Assembly (NCBI GenBank): GCA_951406725.2
Contig: OX597815.1
Span: 66,836,001 to 66,900,000, forward strand
Source: Octopus vulgaris
Lineage: Eukaryota
Reading direction: 5' to 3'
DNA: 64,000 bases
Both the position numbers and the translations under genes were made by a program. Of the stretch, positions 38,395-51,560 are shown piece after piece; position 1 is the stretch's first letter, and each line of letters starts with the position of its first letter. Under the pieces are notes generated by a model, which was not told the origin of the DNA, made no database searches, and saw only the letters and a list, made by a program, of their open reading frames with translations.

Positions 38395-40530
38395 GCAATT
38401 AATCTTGAAATTCTAACCGAGGCTTCCGCGCTTCTGGACTGGCGATCCCTGATGATGTTGTCCTCAGTTGACGAACTATGGTCATCCCTCAAAGCATATG
38501 TAATCTGTTTGACTGACCAGGCAGTTCCCGTTGGGCTTCCCAAGAGGAAGAAACACAAGCCCTGGGTGACGAAGAAGGTTAAACGAGAACGTCGACTCAG
38601 AGATATTGCTTGGGCTGAATTCAAAAATCTGGATTCGACTGCAGCTTTTGAGGTGTACAAAACTCAACGAGACCGAGCCGTGAAAATTGAAAAGAAAGAA
38701 CGCTTCAGTTATGAATACAAAATCGTGGCAAATGCCAGTAGCAATCCAAAAACCTTCTTTGTCCATGTCCAGCGGAATTCCCGCTTGAACAACCAGATTG
38801 CAACGTTGGTAGACTCAACAGGCGTATCGATTGAGGACCCTTATCAACAGAGTCAATTATTTGCCGAGGCTTTTTCAACTATTTTCAAACAAGATGATGG
38901 TCGTGAACCCCCTCCATTTGATAGATCGGTACCTCCAATGCTTCGATTGGTCATCACGCGGGACAAAGTCAAACGTGTTATTCAAGGCCTCGATGTCAAC
39001 AAGGGTCACGGCCCTGACGGCATACACCCACGGGTTATCAAAGCGTTGGCTCCGGTCATCTGCGAGCCCTTAACACGACTATTCAATATGTCATTGGCGA
39101 CGGGTGTTATACCTGCAGACTGGAGAACAGCGATAATCTGCCCAATTTTCAAGAAGGAGTCGCGAAGACCCGCTTAACTACCGACCGGTTTCCCTTACAT
39201 CAATAATCAGCAAGATGTTCGAAACCATCCTTAAAAAAAGTATGATGCTCCACCTCCTAAACACAGCCTCTATCTCTGATTCCCAACACGGCTTCGTGCC
39301 GAAGAGATCATGCTTGACCAACTTACTAGTAATGGAAGAATTGGTGACGCGCATCCTCGATGATAGTGATGCTGTTGACATCGCTTTATTGGACTTTGCC
39401 AAAGCTTTTGACTCGGTAAACCACCGCCTATTACTTGTCAAGCTTCAAGCATATAGTTTCCATCCGGATATTGTACGATGGGTTGGTGCCTTCCTCTCAG
39501 ATCGCTCCTTCCAAGTCCAAGTTAATGGTTTGCAGTCCAACGTCTCCAGTGCGAGCAGTGGCGTGCCTCAAGGTTCAGTGCTTGGGCCCTTGTTGTTCTT
39601 AGTCTTCATAAATGACTTGCCCGACGACCTCACGCAACACACCCTTCTATTTGCCGACGATATCAAACTGGTCGCTCCTCGCGGTAATATAGAGGATCTT
39701 CGTCGATGCCTCCACCAAATTTGGAAGTGGTCTAACGATTGGGACCTGTGTCTGAACGTGTCAAAGTGCTGTCATCTGCCTGTCGGCTCTACTCCTGCAA
39801 CTCAACTTGATTTCGAGCCGGGTCGTCTGCTGCCGGAGAGGACCGATCAGGTAAAGGACCTGGGTATCTTGGTGGATTCCTCCTTTTCGCCTTCGGCCCA
39901 GTGCGTCCATGCTGCCAACAAAGCACGCGGAATTCTGTTCTTGATTCGACGGTCATTCGGAATGCTCACGGCAGCCATATTCCTACCACTCTATGTCACG
40001 CTGGTGAGACCCATATTGGAGTATGGGATTCAAGCCTCTTCTCCTTATCTCCTCAAAGTCATACAGCATCTCGAAAGAGTCCAGAAGCTGGCTACCCGCA
40101 TGGTTCATGGTCTCAAAAATTTGTCCTACGAAGAAAGGCTGAGGACGCTCGACCTTTATTCTCTTGAAAAACGCCGCCGCCATGGTGATCTCATTCTCGC
40201 CCACAACATCATAAGCGGAAAGTGTAACCTCTCGAAAGAGCTGTTCTTCATTCCTGCTCCAGAGCGTCGGCTGCGGGGTCATTCCGAAAAGCTCTACCTG
40301 CGACGATTTCATCTCAATCGAAGGAGAGGAGCTTTCTCCGTCCGGGTTGCGGATCCGTGGAACAAGCTGCCAGACGAGATGGTGAAGATGCCGACGACCG
40401 CTTTGTTCAAAGCCTCCCTGGACCTCAAGTGGCCTGAACTCTTTACATGAACACCACCCTGTACTTAACTCCATGTCCCCCTACATGGCCTTGCTAATTG
40501 CTTTTGAGCCAAATTAACTAACTAACTAAC
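38395..40530 (+). mobile_element. CR1-group LINE, 5'-truncated and young (ORF2 parts 38452-39177 and 39215-40450)
   Basis: Motifs GPDGIHPR, NYRPVSL, QHGF, LDFAKAFDSV, GVPQGSVLGP, LFADD, RHGDLI and WNKLP. One frameshift near 39157 and a (CTAA)n tail. Confidence 0.95.
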
Positions 40531-40745
40531 CCCCAGGAATTATTCTTTGTAAGCCTAGTACTTATTCTATCGGTCTCTTTTGCCAAACCGCTAAGCTACA
40601 GGGACGTAAACACACCAGCATTGGTTGTCAAGCGATGTTAAGGGACAAACACAGACACACAAACATATACACACACACATATATATATGTTGGATCGTTA
40701 GCCCCTACACGCAATTTTTTTCTCTCCTTGTTTCTTTTCTGTATA

Positions 40746-40783
40746 TCTTTCTGTCGAAGAGCATAGGCTTGAAACGTAAAAGA
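40746..40783 (+). ncRNA. Minimal hammerhead-like motif
   Basis: TCTTT-CTGTCGA-a-GAGC-atag-GCTT-GAAAC-GTA-AAAGA. Helices I and II pair; the core has T in place of the conserved A of CTGA. Confidence 0.5.
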
Positions 40784-41729
40784 CTTGTTTTATTTCTATT
40801 CCTGAGGACCATACTAATACATAATTTGTTTGTACTCCACCTGCCTTCGTCTTTTGTTTATTTTCATAAATGTGCAACGGGTTTCTTTCAGTTTCTGTCT
40901 ACCAAATCCACTACAAGTCTTTGGTCGGCTTGAGGCTATAGTAGAAGACACTTTCCCAAGGTGCCAGGCAGTGGGACTGAACCCGGAACCATGTGGTTTA
41001 TAAGCAAGCTACTTACTACACAGCCACTCCTACGTTAAATGATAATGATGTTAACACATAAGAAGTTTCAATTAAAACTTTACTGCAAGTTTTATTCACT
41101 TGTTTCTTATTTATGCCCCACTCTGATCCCCCACTGCCCTGAAAGACAGCACTAAACCAAAACTATGTCACTTCAGCTCAGCTGCATTTATTAGAAGTGA
41201 AACCCTGTGATATAAAAATACTATGATTTAAAATTTTAATATTTTAAAATTTGTTGCCTGTTCAAAGTTATTATTCATCTATTTACTTTAATATTTACTT
41301 ATATAGAAGGGAGTTCCTGTTATTTTTACAGCTGAGAATCCCTTTCTCCCATTAATGGTTCATCCAAGGGGAAAGGGAGTGAGAGAGAGAGGGGGGGGGA
41401 GAGAGAAGAGAAAGACAGTTTTATTTAGGGAGCTAAAGTGTGTTTATATTGAACTACAAAAACATCGTTGTAATCTGTCAAGTGAGACAAATGGCAGTGT
41501 GGTTGAGACTAAAACCATGCAGCTTCCTGTCTTTCAGCAGTCTGTTGCTTTGTGTGTGTGTTTAGATGCATGGTTAAGAAGTTTGCTTTCTGACTATATA
41601 GTCCTAGGTTTAGTCCCATTGCACAGTGTCTTGGGTACTATAGTCTTCTATTATAGCCCTGGATCAACCAAAGTGAATTTAGTAGATGGAAATGTAAAGA
41701 AGCCTGTCGCATATATATATAAAAACATG

Positions 41730-42061
41730 ATTAATCAATATAGGGTGGCAAAAAAAAATTTTGTAGAATTCTTTTGCCACCAGCGGCCTAGTAGGAAAAA
41801 ATTAAATAGTCATAAACCATTTTTACGTTCAACATCACAATCAAGGAACGGCCATAATAGGCCATTCACCCACTAGAAATAACAGCCAAAAGCTTTAACC
41901 GCAAAATAACATTAATACCGTAAACCAGGAGAAAATTGAAAAATTGAAAAAAGTTTTTCAATTTTCTCCTGGTTTACGGTATTAATGTTATTTTGCGGTT
42001 AAAGCTTTTGGCTGTTATTTCTAGTGGGTGAATGGCCTATTATGGCCGTTCCTTGATTGTG
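41730..42061. mobile_element. Hairpin-ended insertion with 15-bp TSD; contains a perfect palindrome at 41834-42063
   Basis: atatataaaaacatg is duplicated at 41715-41729 and 42062-42076. Arms are 41834-41943 and 41954-42063. Confidence 0.8.
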
Positions 42062-42819
42062 ATATATAAAAACATGCATATTTATGTATGTATATATGTA
42101 CCGTTGTCTCAACATGACATGGTAATTGTAAATGAGCATTACCATCATACAAAAGATGTTCATTTCTAGTCTTCTGTAGAAAACCTATATATATTTGGGA
42201 AGTTTTCTTTTTGCAACAAAATCTGCTTTCACTCACTGTATATATCTTATTTACACAAAGCTTTCAAAAAAATAATTTGTTCATTTTCACTTTCAAATAG
42301 GGATCTTGAAACATAGTTCCTGTCTTGATAGATTGTCAAAAAAGATGCTGCACCTCACCTCTTTACACTCTCCAGCCTTTCAATTGTTATTGCTTGCTAT
42401 ATAAAGTACAAACTAGACAGTAGAATAATAATAATGATAAAAAAAAAAAGAATATGTAAATGGATCTTTCAAGAGGTGGTAGGTCAGCATCATTTTCAGT
42501 AACCGGATGAGATACATGTTTATCTAGAATACATGCCAGCACATATATTTGTATATTTACTGATTATCTACTACTGCTCTATATATATATAATCTGCAAC
42601 ACGTAATCACGGGGGTGTAAGTTCAAGTCTCATAGCTGGCCGCCAACACTTTTTCTGTAAAATAGGGGTAGTTTATCCTGTTCAGGTTATATTATTAGCA
42701 CTAGCATACGTTTGAGAATAAAAAAAAAAAATCACTTCTTTAACATTCTAAGACATCTCAATGCTTCTTAAAGCAAACTTCGTTCATTTGTTTGTTTACT
42801 TTCATCGTAATTTGAATTC

Positions 42820-42850
<31 letters not shown>

Positions 42851-42981
42851 ATATGACAGACAGAAAGAGATAGAATCAAGATAATAGTGTGGAGTGGCAG
42901 TAAAAACAAGTACAAGACAAAACATTGAAATTAAAATGAGAGAAGAAGCTGAGAAGAGTTATGTGGCTTGAGGCTACTTAC

Positions 42982-43148
42982 TATTGACAGCAACCCATTC
43001 ATTAAGGTCTTCACCTTCAGGTAGTAGCACAGCCATACGCAAGTTGCCACTACCCAAAGTGGCAGCAGCATGTTTCATCAAATCATACTGATGTGTACCT
43101 TCTGGAATGTTCTTCTTTGGCTTGAAAGTTTTGTTGTTTCGGCCTCCA
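42982..43148 (-). CDS. MOB1: MOB kinase activator 1, coding exon 2 (167 bp)
   Basis: Encodes GGRNNKTFKPKKNIPEGTHQYDLMKHAAATLGSGNLRMAVLLPEGEDLNEWVAVN, including the T12/T35 phosphosite contexts. Acceptor ttccag and donor gtaagt flank it. Confidence 0.97.
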
Positions 43149-44591
43149 CTGGAATGAGAGAAAAACAATAACATTTACTGTCACAGCTCACAAATTCCTC
43201 GTTCCATCCCCATTGTCATCTGACTGAAGAAATGCAATATTGCATCTCATTGTTGAATAGCAGATATAACATGGGGATCTATGACAATATGGCAGTTTAG
43301 CAACCATATGAATTACTTAGAATATCTACACTTACACAGCTGAAATCCAATCTACAAAATTATTTCAGACCACCAGAACATCAGTCATGGTTACACCAAT
43401 GCTTACACTATGATGTTATCATGAATGAAGTCTACAAAGCCATCATGTTTTGGACTAAACAATGTACTACGAGTTGCTGATAAAGATTACCTGGGCAGGA
43501 AGTGCAGAAAGAAAGAGAGCAAGAGGCTGTCAAAAAGGTTTATGAACTGATGGTATCAAAGAAAAGACTGGAAACAAGAGCCTGATTGATTGTTTACATG
43601 TAGCACAACACAGAGGGAACTGGAGAGTCTTGGTAAGCTAACTCCTGGACATGACAAGCACCTGGCAGATGATGATTTTATATAAAGTGGCAGTTGTATA
43701 TGAGGCTTGTCACAATGAAAAGAGTACAAGAGTAGTTAAATACTAAGTCAGTACAGTGTATTAATATTTCAAGTTTAGGAATCCAACATATACTACTCCT
43801 GAGTTTCTCATTGATGGAGGTTCCCAGGTAAAAGATTATTGCTTCTAGCAAGTAACAGTGTGTATTAATTACATAGCATTTAGTTTGTGAACCTGAAATT
43901 TACCTATTTATCTGTCTATAAATGTAAGTATAAGTATATATGGGCCTGCATGTAACTTGAAGAGGAAGTGCAGAACTCATAACCTTTTAGGCATTCCTTG
44001 ATTGGCTACTTTATGAATCATCAACAGTTCAATTAAATTGTAATCACAGTAACCTCACTTCCACATGAATAAGACAAGGTCATCAAATGGAATAGCAAAA
44101 GATAATTTGCTGTTGGGGGAAATAGAAGTGTCATCACCATTGTTTTCCATGCTGACATGAGTTGGACAGTTTGACAGATGGCCAGCCAGGGAGCTGTCCA
44201 GACTCCAGTTGTCTGTTGTGGATGCTTCTTGCTTGCCATTGGCACAGGTATATTTATGCAGCACCAGCACCTGTAAAGGTCAAGCTTGAAGGTATGGATG
44301 ACAATGAATTTACTTAGCTTGATGCATCTGTTCAAGTACAGCAAATCGCCACAACTTCTAGTCTCGTCATTTTCTCAGTCAGGTGCAGCACAAATTATTT
44401 CAGAACTCACCGATTAAATGAAAACTCCAATGTTTAGCCTATCTTTGGCTTAATTAAAATATTCAGAAAGGAAAATTAAATATATGTATTATAAATAGCT
44501 GCTGCTTTTAAAAATATGTTCTAATTTTGAAGTCACAGGATTTTATTTAATGTCTATTTGGTAATGAATATGTTTAACCCCCAAACCTTTC

Positions 44592-44633
<42 letters not shown>

Positions 44634-44778
44634 TATATACATACATACATACTTATAGTAATGAGTGGCCATTCTTTACCCTGCTGACTTGGTCCTCAGT
44701 AAAGATATTGGAGTGTAAGTTCAAATCATTTGAACACTACTAAGTGTTTTCTACATTGCCATTCTCTTGATCTCATTT

Positions 44779-44823
<45 letters not shown>

Positions 44824-44824
44824 A

Positions 44825-45935
44825 TTAGGGTGTTTAGAAAGTAATTTCATTTTACCAGAAATTAATGCAAACTATGTTCATCTGAATAGTTTTAAGCAAG
44901 AATGTAATCACCATCGTTTTCAATGACAGCAACCCAATGGGAAAGTAACTTTTTTATGCCATTCAAAGAAACCAATTTCTTTTCTGGAAAAAAGTCTGAA
45001 AGACATTTCAACTTTCTCACTTTCCTGAATGTTTTGCTTCTTATAAAAGATTCTAGTAATTGAAACCAATGGAAATCTGTAAGTTCTAAGTAAGGTGAGT
45101 ATGTAGAAGAATTTCTTATCCTAATGATCTTATTTTTTTCTTGGGTTTGTGGCCATGCATTGTCATGCTGGAGAATAACACTTCTGTTTACCAAAGCTGG
45201 TTGCTTTTGATGTAATTTTTCATTTATACAATCAAGTCGTTGGCAGTAGATATCTGCATTGATGGTCGTTCCATGTTCCAGTAGCTCATAATGGATAATA
45301 CCTTTCGTGACCCAAACACAGAGCAAGGATTTTTGTGGACAGAATTCTAGATTTGGTGTTGGCACTGCCCCCTCATATGATAACCATTGCCTTCTTTGTT
45401 TTCTGTTGTGATGAAAAACCCATTTTACATCACCTGTAGCAATCCACTGCAGCAACGACAGAATGTTATTCCTGGATAGAAGATTGCTGCAGATGGTGGA
45501 ACATTATTCAGTCTCTGGTGCTTTGACATGGATCTGATACAATAGTCTCATTCAAAAGGTTGTCATTCAGAGTGGGTCATCTTCCAGAGCAAGGCTTGTC
45601 GGATATATCACAATCATCAACTTTAAGCCTTTTAAACCACAGCTGACATGTACAAGCTTTCACTGCATCTGGATACACTTCACAAATGTTTATTATTACT
45701 TCTGTAGTGGTACTTTTCTTTTGAAACTCATACCGCAAGCAGTGGTGAATATGTTGTTTCATAAAGTTCTTATCCTCCACGGGGTTAATTACTGAAATAA
45801 CTATGAACGACACACTGTGGGATAGAAATGATATACTATTTCTAGATCTCACTCATCTGGCCTTGGCTCTGATGTGGTTGTTTGGTTCATATTTCATTGC
45901 TGTGAAAAAATGCAATTACTTTCCGAAGACCCTAA
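44825..45935 (-). mobile_element. Mariner transposon, decayed (second family)
   Basis: TIRs ttagggtgtttagaaagtaatt / aattactttccgaagaccctaa. Motifs TGDVKW, LQHDNA and YSPYLELTDF, plus an HTH-region ORF at 45577-45852. Confidence 0.92.
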
Positions 45936-45949
45936 TATCTATATATGTA

Positions 45950-45989
<40 letters not shown>

Positions 45990-47569
45990 CAACTCCATCA
46001 TTTTAATACGCCAAATGTTAAATATACATTCACCAATGTAACTATTATCATTTGTATGGCATCTTAAAATATTTACAATTTTTTAAAACAGTTTCCTTTC
46101 ACTGTACCAACAAATATATATTTATTAAGTCATTTATATTCTAAGACCACAAAGTTATCTCCTGCATTAGCTTTGAGACAAAAACTCATGAATACTTCTC
46201 TCTCACTCTGTATATTTGATTCTACTTTAGTTTTGCAATGTTCTAAATATGATCACAAAAGTTTTCACGTAACAAAAAAACTATCTTTGGTACACCTTCA
46301 ACTAAATATTACAAATCATTAACTGATTAATTATTCAGCATACATTATACATAGATTAAATAATAAAACTCTTAATTCCAGTGTTTAATTATTGTAAAGG
46401 TGGTGAATTGGTGGAATGATTACATCATTGGACAAAATCACACAAGGTATTTCTTCCTGCTCTTTAGATTCTGAATTCAAATCTTTTAGGTCAACTTTGC
46501 CTTTCATCCTTGCAAGGAGGTTATCAAAATGCCAGATAAGTACTGGTATCAATTGCACTCTCTCCACAAAATGCTAGCCTTGAGCTTGAATTAGAAACAA
46601 CTTTCCAATAGTAATATCCAATAGTCTTATCTTTTTACTTTTTATTTGTTTTAGTTATGGGACAGTGGCTGTGCTAAAGCACTGCCTTGAAGAATTTTAG
46701 TTGAATAACTCAACACCAGTACATACACTTTTAAACCTGGTACTTATTCTACAAGATTGTTTGCTCAACTAAAGTTACAGAGTGGGGACAAACAAACCAA
46801 CAGTGGTTGCCAAGCAGTGTGTGGGGGTACTGTCTGTCTGTCTCTCTCTCTCATACACACAAATAGTTGTGTGCACACATAACAGACTTTCACTTTCTGT
46901 CCACCAAATACACTAACAAGATATTATTTGGACCAAGGCTATAGTAGAAAACATTTGCCCAAGTTGTTGCATAGTGAGACTGAACCAAAAACACGTGGTT
47001 GCATAATAAGCTTCTTAACTACACAGCCAAGCCTGCACTTATATATCAGGTCTGTCTCTCTTGAAGAAATTCTACCTGCAATCTTTCATTAAATTCTGTT
47101 TAAAACTAGCAACACTATTGAATCACCTGACACTTGTAGTTTTCAGTCTTCATTATTCATGCATCATCTACTGGCTATGAAGTCCTTTTGGTCAGCGTAC
47201 CTGAGGTTCTACTGTACATTTTGTGTACTTATAGCTTGCTTTGTGAGCACAACAAAGAAAAATTCTTGAACACTATGCTACAAAAATATCCTGAGAAAAT
47301 TCAGTTTTGAGCACAGTATTTGCACGTCATAGACATCAGCTCATCATAAAATACGAGTTTATGATAGGTATCCATTGTAAGACAGACAAGTTCTGAGTAA
47401 AATATATATAAGTACAAAATGTCCATAATTTTCATGATTTTTTTCTCTCTGAGTAAAATTCTTATCTGCCTGGTAAACATGTCACCTTTACAAATCCACT
47501 AACCTTAATTAAGAATTAGATTCCAAATGTTAAGAGGTAGCTGATAGTTAAATCAAAATGAGGTACACT

Positions 47570-47990
47570 GACTAAAGAATTAAGGAGCTGGACAACTAAT
47601 TACAAAGATACAAATTAAAATCCTCCTCCAGCAAGAAAATGTAATACTAATTTCAACAGGAAGTGAGATGGAGTGTTACAGAAAGACACTTTTCATTCTA
47701 TATACAAAAAATATGGAGAATGTTAGGAAAGAAATTGTTTAGAAGCCAATTGTTAAAAGTGTGGAAAATGAGGTGGTTTGGTTATGTAACACAATACTGA
47801 GACATCTCAAGATGAATATTGGTCATGAATGAACAGTCTATGGTGAAAAAGGTAAAAGAAGAGATGGAATGGGTAAGCAATATCATGGTGGAGAACATGA
47901 CGTTGGCTGACATATGGGGAAGATAGAAGGATTAAGTTGTGTACCAACAGTCACCCTACCACAGGGATTTTATTTGATTGAAGATATATA
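47570..47990 (+). mobile_element. Highly decayed LINE 3' coding remnant (RTE-like)
   Basis: Reads ESWT...EMECYRKTLFI and KMRWFGYV. Confidence 0.5.
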
Positions 47991-50900
47991 TTGTGGGTTG
48001 GTTAATTCACATTCACAAATAGAATAAGCCCAGTAATGTCTTATTTTCTCTGCAATCTAAGGTAATTTAAACTGAGCAGTGGTAATTTGTGACTTAAATT
48101 TCATAGTCATAAGCTACAGGCCAACTACAGACAGCATAAGAGACCTAACAAGGTGCTACGCAGTAGAATATAATTTACAACCACACAGTTGCAAGGTAAA
48201 TGTTCTTTACCACAGAGCTATGCACCTTAGCACTGGATGTTTGAATTGATTGCTGCTCAATTACTGTCTCGTTTGGTAACATCTCTGTCACCCAAGAATA
48301 GAAATCTGTTCTCACTGCTGCTCTACCCAGCTTCTGATATTTACCACACACATACAACTCTGGTGACAGAAGCCATCATGCTGATAAGCAAGTCAGTTCT
48401 CTCCATTCAAGACAGATTCAGTTCTTTCAAAATAAGAACCAGATCAGTTTAAGAACAGCCTATACCCTAGTGCTGTATGCATTCTCAGCAGTTGATAACC
48501 CATAAAGCTACAATTAACATATTAGTTTCTATTAACTGTACTATAAACTTGTGTATCTGAGCACAACCAAACCCCATTTCAATACATATACCATGATACT
48601 GAATATTATAAATTCTTACCATACCTTCTCTAACATAAGTTCAAACTATCTCTGGACACTTCTATTTCTGGATATGGAATAGACAACATTTATAAAAGGT
48701 TAGTGACATTAGTTCACTGGCTGAAATCCTAATATTTCACCATCATCATAATCATCATTTTAATATCCACTTTTCCATACTTGCATAGGTCAGATGGAAT
48801 TTATTGAGAAAGATTTTTTACAGCCAGATACCCTTCCTGTTGCTAACCCCCAGGTTTTTCTTTGGCCAGACATGAAAGCTTTCAGTTTCTGTCCACTAAG
48901 GCTTTGGTTAGCCCCAGGGCTATAGTAGAGGACACTTGCCTAAGGTGCTATGCAGTGGGACTGAACTCAAAACCGTATGCTTGGGAAGCAAACTACTCAA
49001 CCATACAGTCATGCCTGCACCTATAGACTTAATGTCCGTATTTAGTAATCTTAAAATTTAAGTCTGTTCTTCAGTTCCTCCTCAAATTAACTCTTTAGCC
49101 TTTAAATTACTGCCAAATGTAATGCTTATTTATTTACATTGTTTTGAATTTATCACACATTATCTTGTAACATTGAGATTTAAATGATGTGAATGTATAT
49201 TTTTAGAATGATATTGTAGAGTAGGTGTGAGAAGCCAGATCTGGCTGGATTAAATGCTAAAGGGTTGTATTAGCCTAATTAATTGTATTAATTAGCTATA
49301 TGTTTCATAGATAACACTTTATTTCAGGTCACACAACAGCTGATGTTATCCCAATCAATATTTTAGACTTACTTAGGAGTATATCAAGCAAGTCATTTTT
49401 CAGACCAGATAATTTTAGAACAGTTGTTTTGTTAAGGGACAGTAAAGCTTTTTATAGCAATAGGAGAAACAATCAATAAAAAAAATAGTAAAACATGGAA
49501 GTAGTTTCTAACAAAGAAGAGCTAGTAATTTAAACTCTACCCAGCTAATATGGAAATAAATGGTCTTTCCTCTATGAATGTTAGGTTGTAGCTAAAAAAA
49601 AGTTATCACATGAAGTTCCAACCTCATGACCTTCCTAACTTCTTTTACTTGTTTCAGTCACTGCCATGCAGGGAGTAGTGCTTCAATACTTATTTTTAAA
49701 GTTTGGTTTCTTTTACAGGGACATAAACCAACAGCAATGGTGATGAGAGACAGAGACAAACATGTATGAGGGACATTTACATGGTTTCTGTCTAGCAAAT
49801 TCACTCACATGGTACTGGCCAACCCATGATTAGAGTAGACACTTGTACAAGTGCTACACAGTGGGACAGAACCTGAAACCGTGTTGTTGCAAAGTAAGCT
49901 TTTTAACTCAGTATATTTTTATAACGTTCACTTGTAGGCTGGAGTGTAGATATGATGGTGTATTGTGTAGTTGATATTGTCTGAAAAGAATTTACAAATA
50001 GAAGTATATGTGCAGGCATGGCTTTGTAGTCAAGTTTGCTTCTCAACCATGTGGTTTCAGGTGAGCAGGGTTAGTCAAACAAATTGACACAAACAAGCTA
50101 ACACTAGTTATCAAGCAGTGAAGAAAGGGGCAAACATATATGACAAGCTTCCACACAGTTTCTGTCTACTAAATTCACTCATAAGGAATTGGTTGGTCTG
50201 AGGTTATAGTAGAAGACACTTGCCCAAGGTGTTGTATGATGAGACTGAATCTGAAACATGATTGCAAAGTGGACTTGTTAACCACATAGCCAAACCAGCA
50301 CCTAGCTTCTCAACCAGTCACATTTTAGTTGCTTTTTTTTTATAGAGAGATAGAAAAAAAAAAAAGCCCTGATATTTTGCTCTATTGATCAGTAATGATA
50401 TTCTGAGGTTTTGGCAGGACTCCTAACTTGTATTGAAACACCATTAATAGTCATCCAGTCTTCCATACAATTTACTAAATAATAATTAATGATAACAACA
50501 ACAACAAAAGGACTTTTGACATCCCTTCCCAAATGCAGTTACCATTAATCCTAATATTTTCCTGTTCAAGGCAGGGGTTCACTGAGCCAGTAACTTGCTA
50601 TTCTTCACTGGTTTTTCCCTCCATTATTTACTTTTGCTTCAGCAGCAATCACTGTGCATGCAATGCATACATGTCATCCATGAAAGAGCACGGTACACAG
50701 TCGACATATTACTTGATTAAATGAGTGGCTGGTTAGTCAGAATATTAAACTTGCACAGACTTGAAGTTTTGGTCTGAATGTTACGAATACATACAAAAAT
50801 GATTTACATTATTACTCTGATGCAAGAGTTTCTACTAATGTTTTTAAGGCAAACAAGCATGGCAATGTTTCCTGCAAGTTTTGAAAATCATTTTAACATT

Positions 50901-51525
50901 CCAATACTTGTAGGCTACTCCCCTCTGTGTATTTCAAATAACCTGAACCTCATAGAAACAAACATTAAAAACAACATACCATCGGTTCTATTTTCATCTC
51001 CAAATTTTGCAGAAGCTGTTGTATGTAGAAAAATTTTTAATATTGCTTTTACAATAAGAAGTAAACTTAAAATATGATACAAAAGGCAAATAGCAAAACA
51101 ATAACTTGTTGGCCTCATCTTTTACTTGTTTCAGCCATTGGACTGCAATCATCGTGGGGAATTGCCTTGAAAGGTTTAGTTAAACAAATCAACTCCAGTA
51201 CTTAATTTAAAGTCTGGTACTTATTCTTACAGTGTCAATAGCTGAACTGCTAAGTTACAGGAATGTAAACAAATAGGTGCAGGCATGGCTGTGTGGTAAG
51301 AATCTTAGTTCTCAACCACATGGTTCTGGGTTCAGTCCCACTGCAAGGAACCTTGGGCAAGTGTCCTCTACTATAATCTTGGGCTGACCAAAGCCTTGTG
51401 AGTAGATTTGGTAGATGGAAACTGAAAGAAGCTTGAGTAACTATATAAAATTTTGTTGTAATAATTACTGCTTTATATTTTTAGAATGTGCTGCTTTCTG
51501 ATATATGTTTTTTTTATTAACTGAC

Positions 51526-51560
<35 letters not shown>

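Noticed and set aside
42578-42704. Possible small Helitron (TCTATATATA...CTAG)
   Set aside because: There is no convincing 3' GC hairpin, so evidence is insufficient.
46176-46189. ATGAGTTTT (MSF) as MOB1 exon 1
   Set aside because: It reads MSFCL and has no GT donor after 14 nt.
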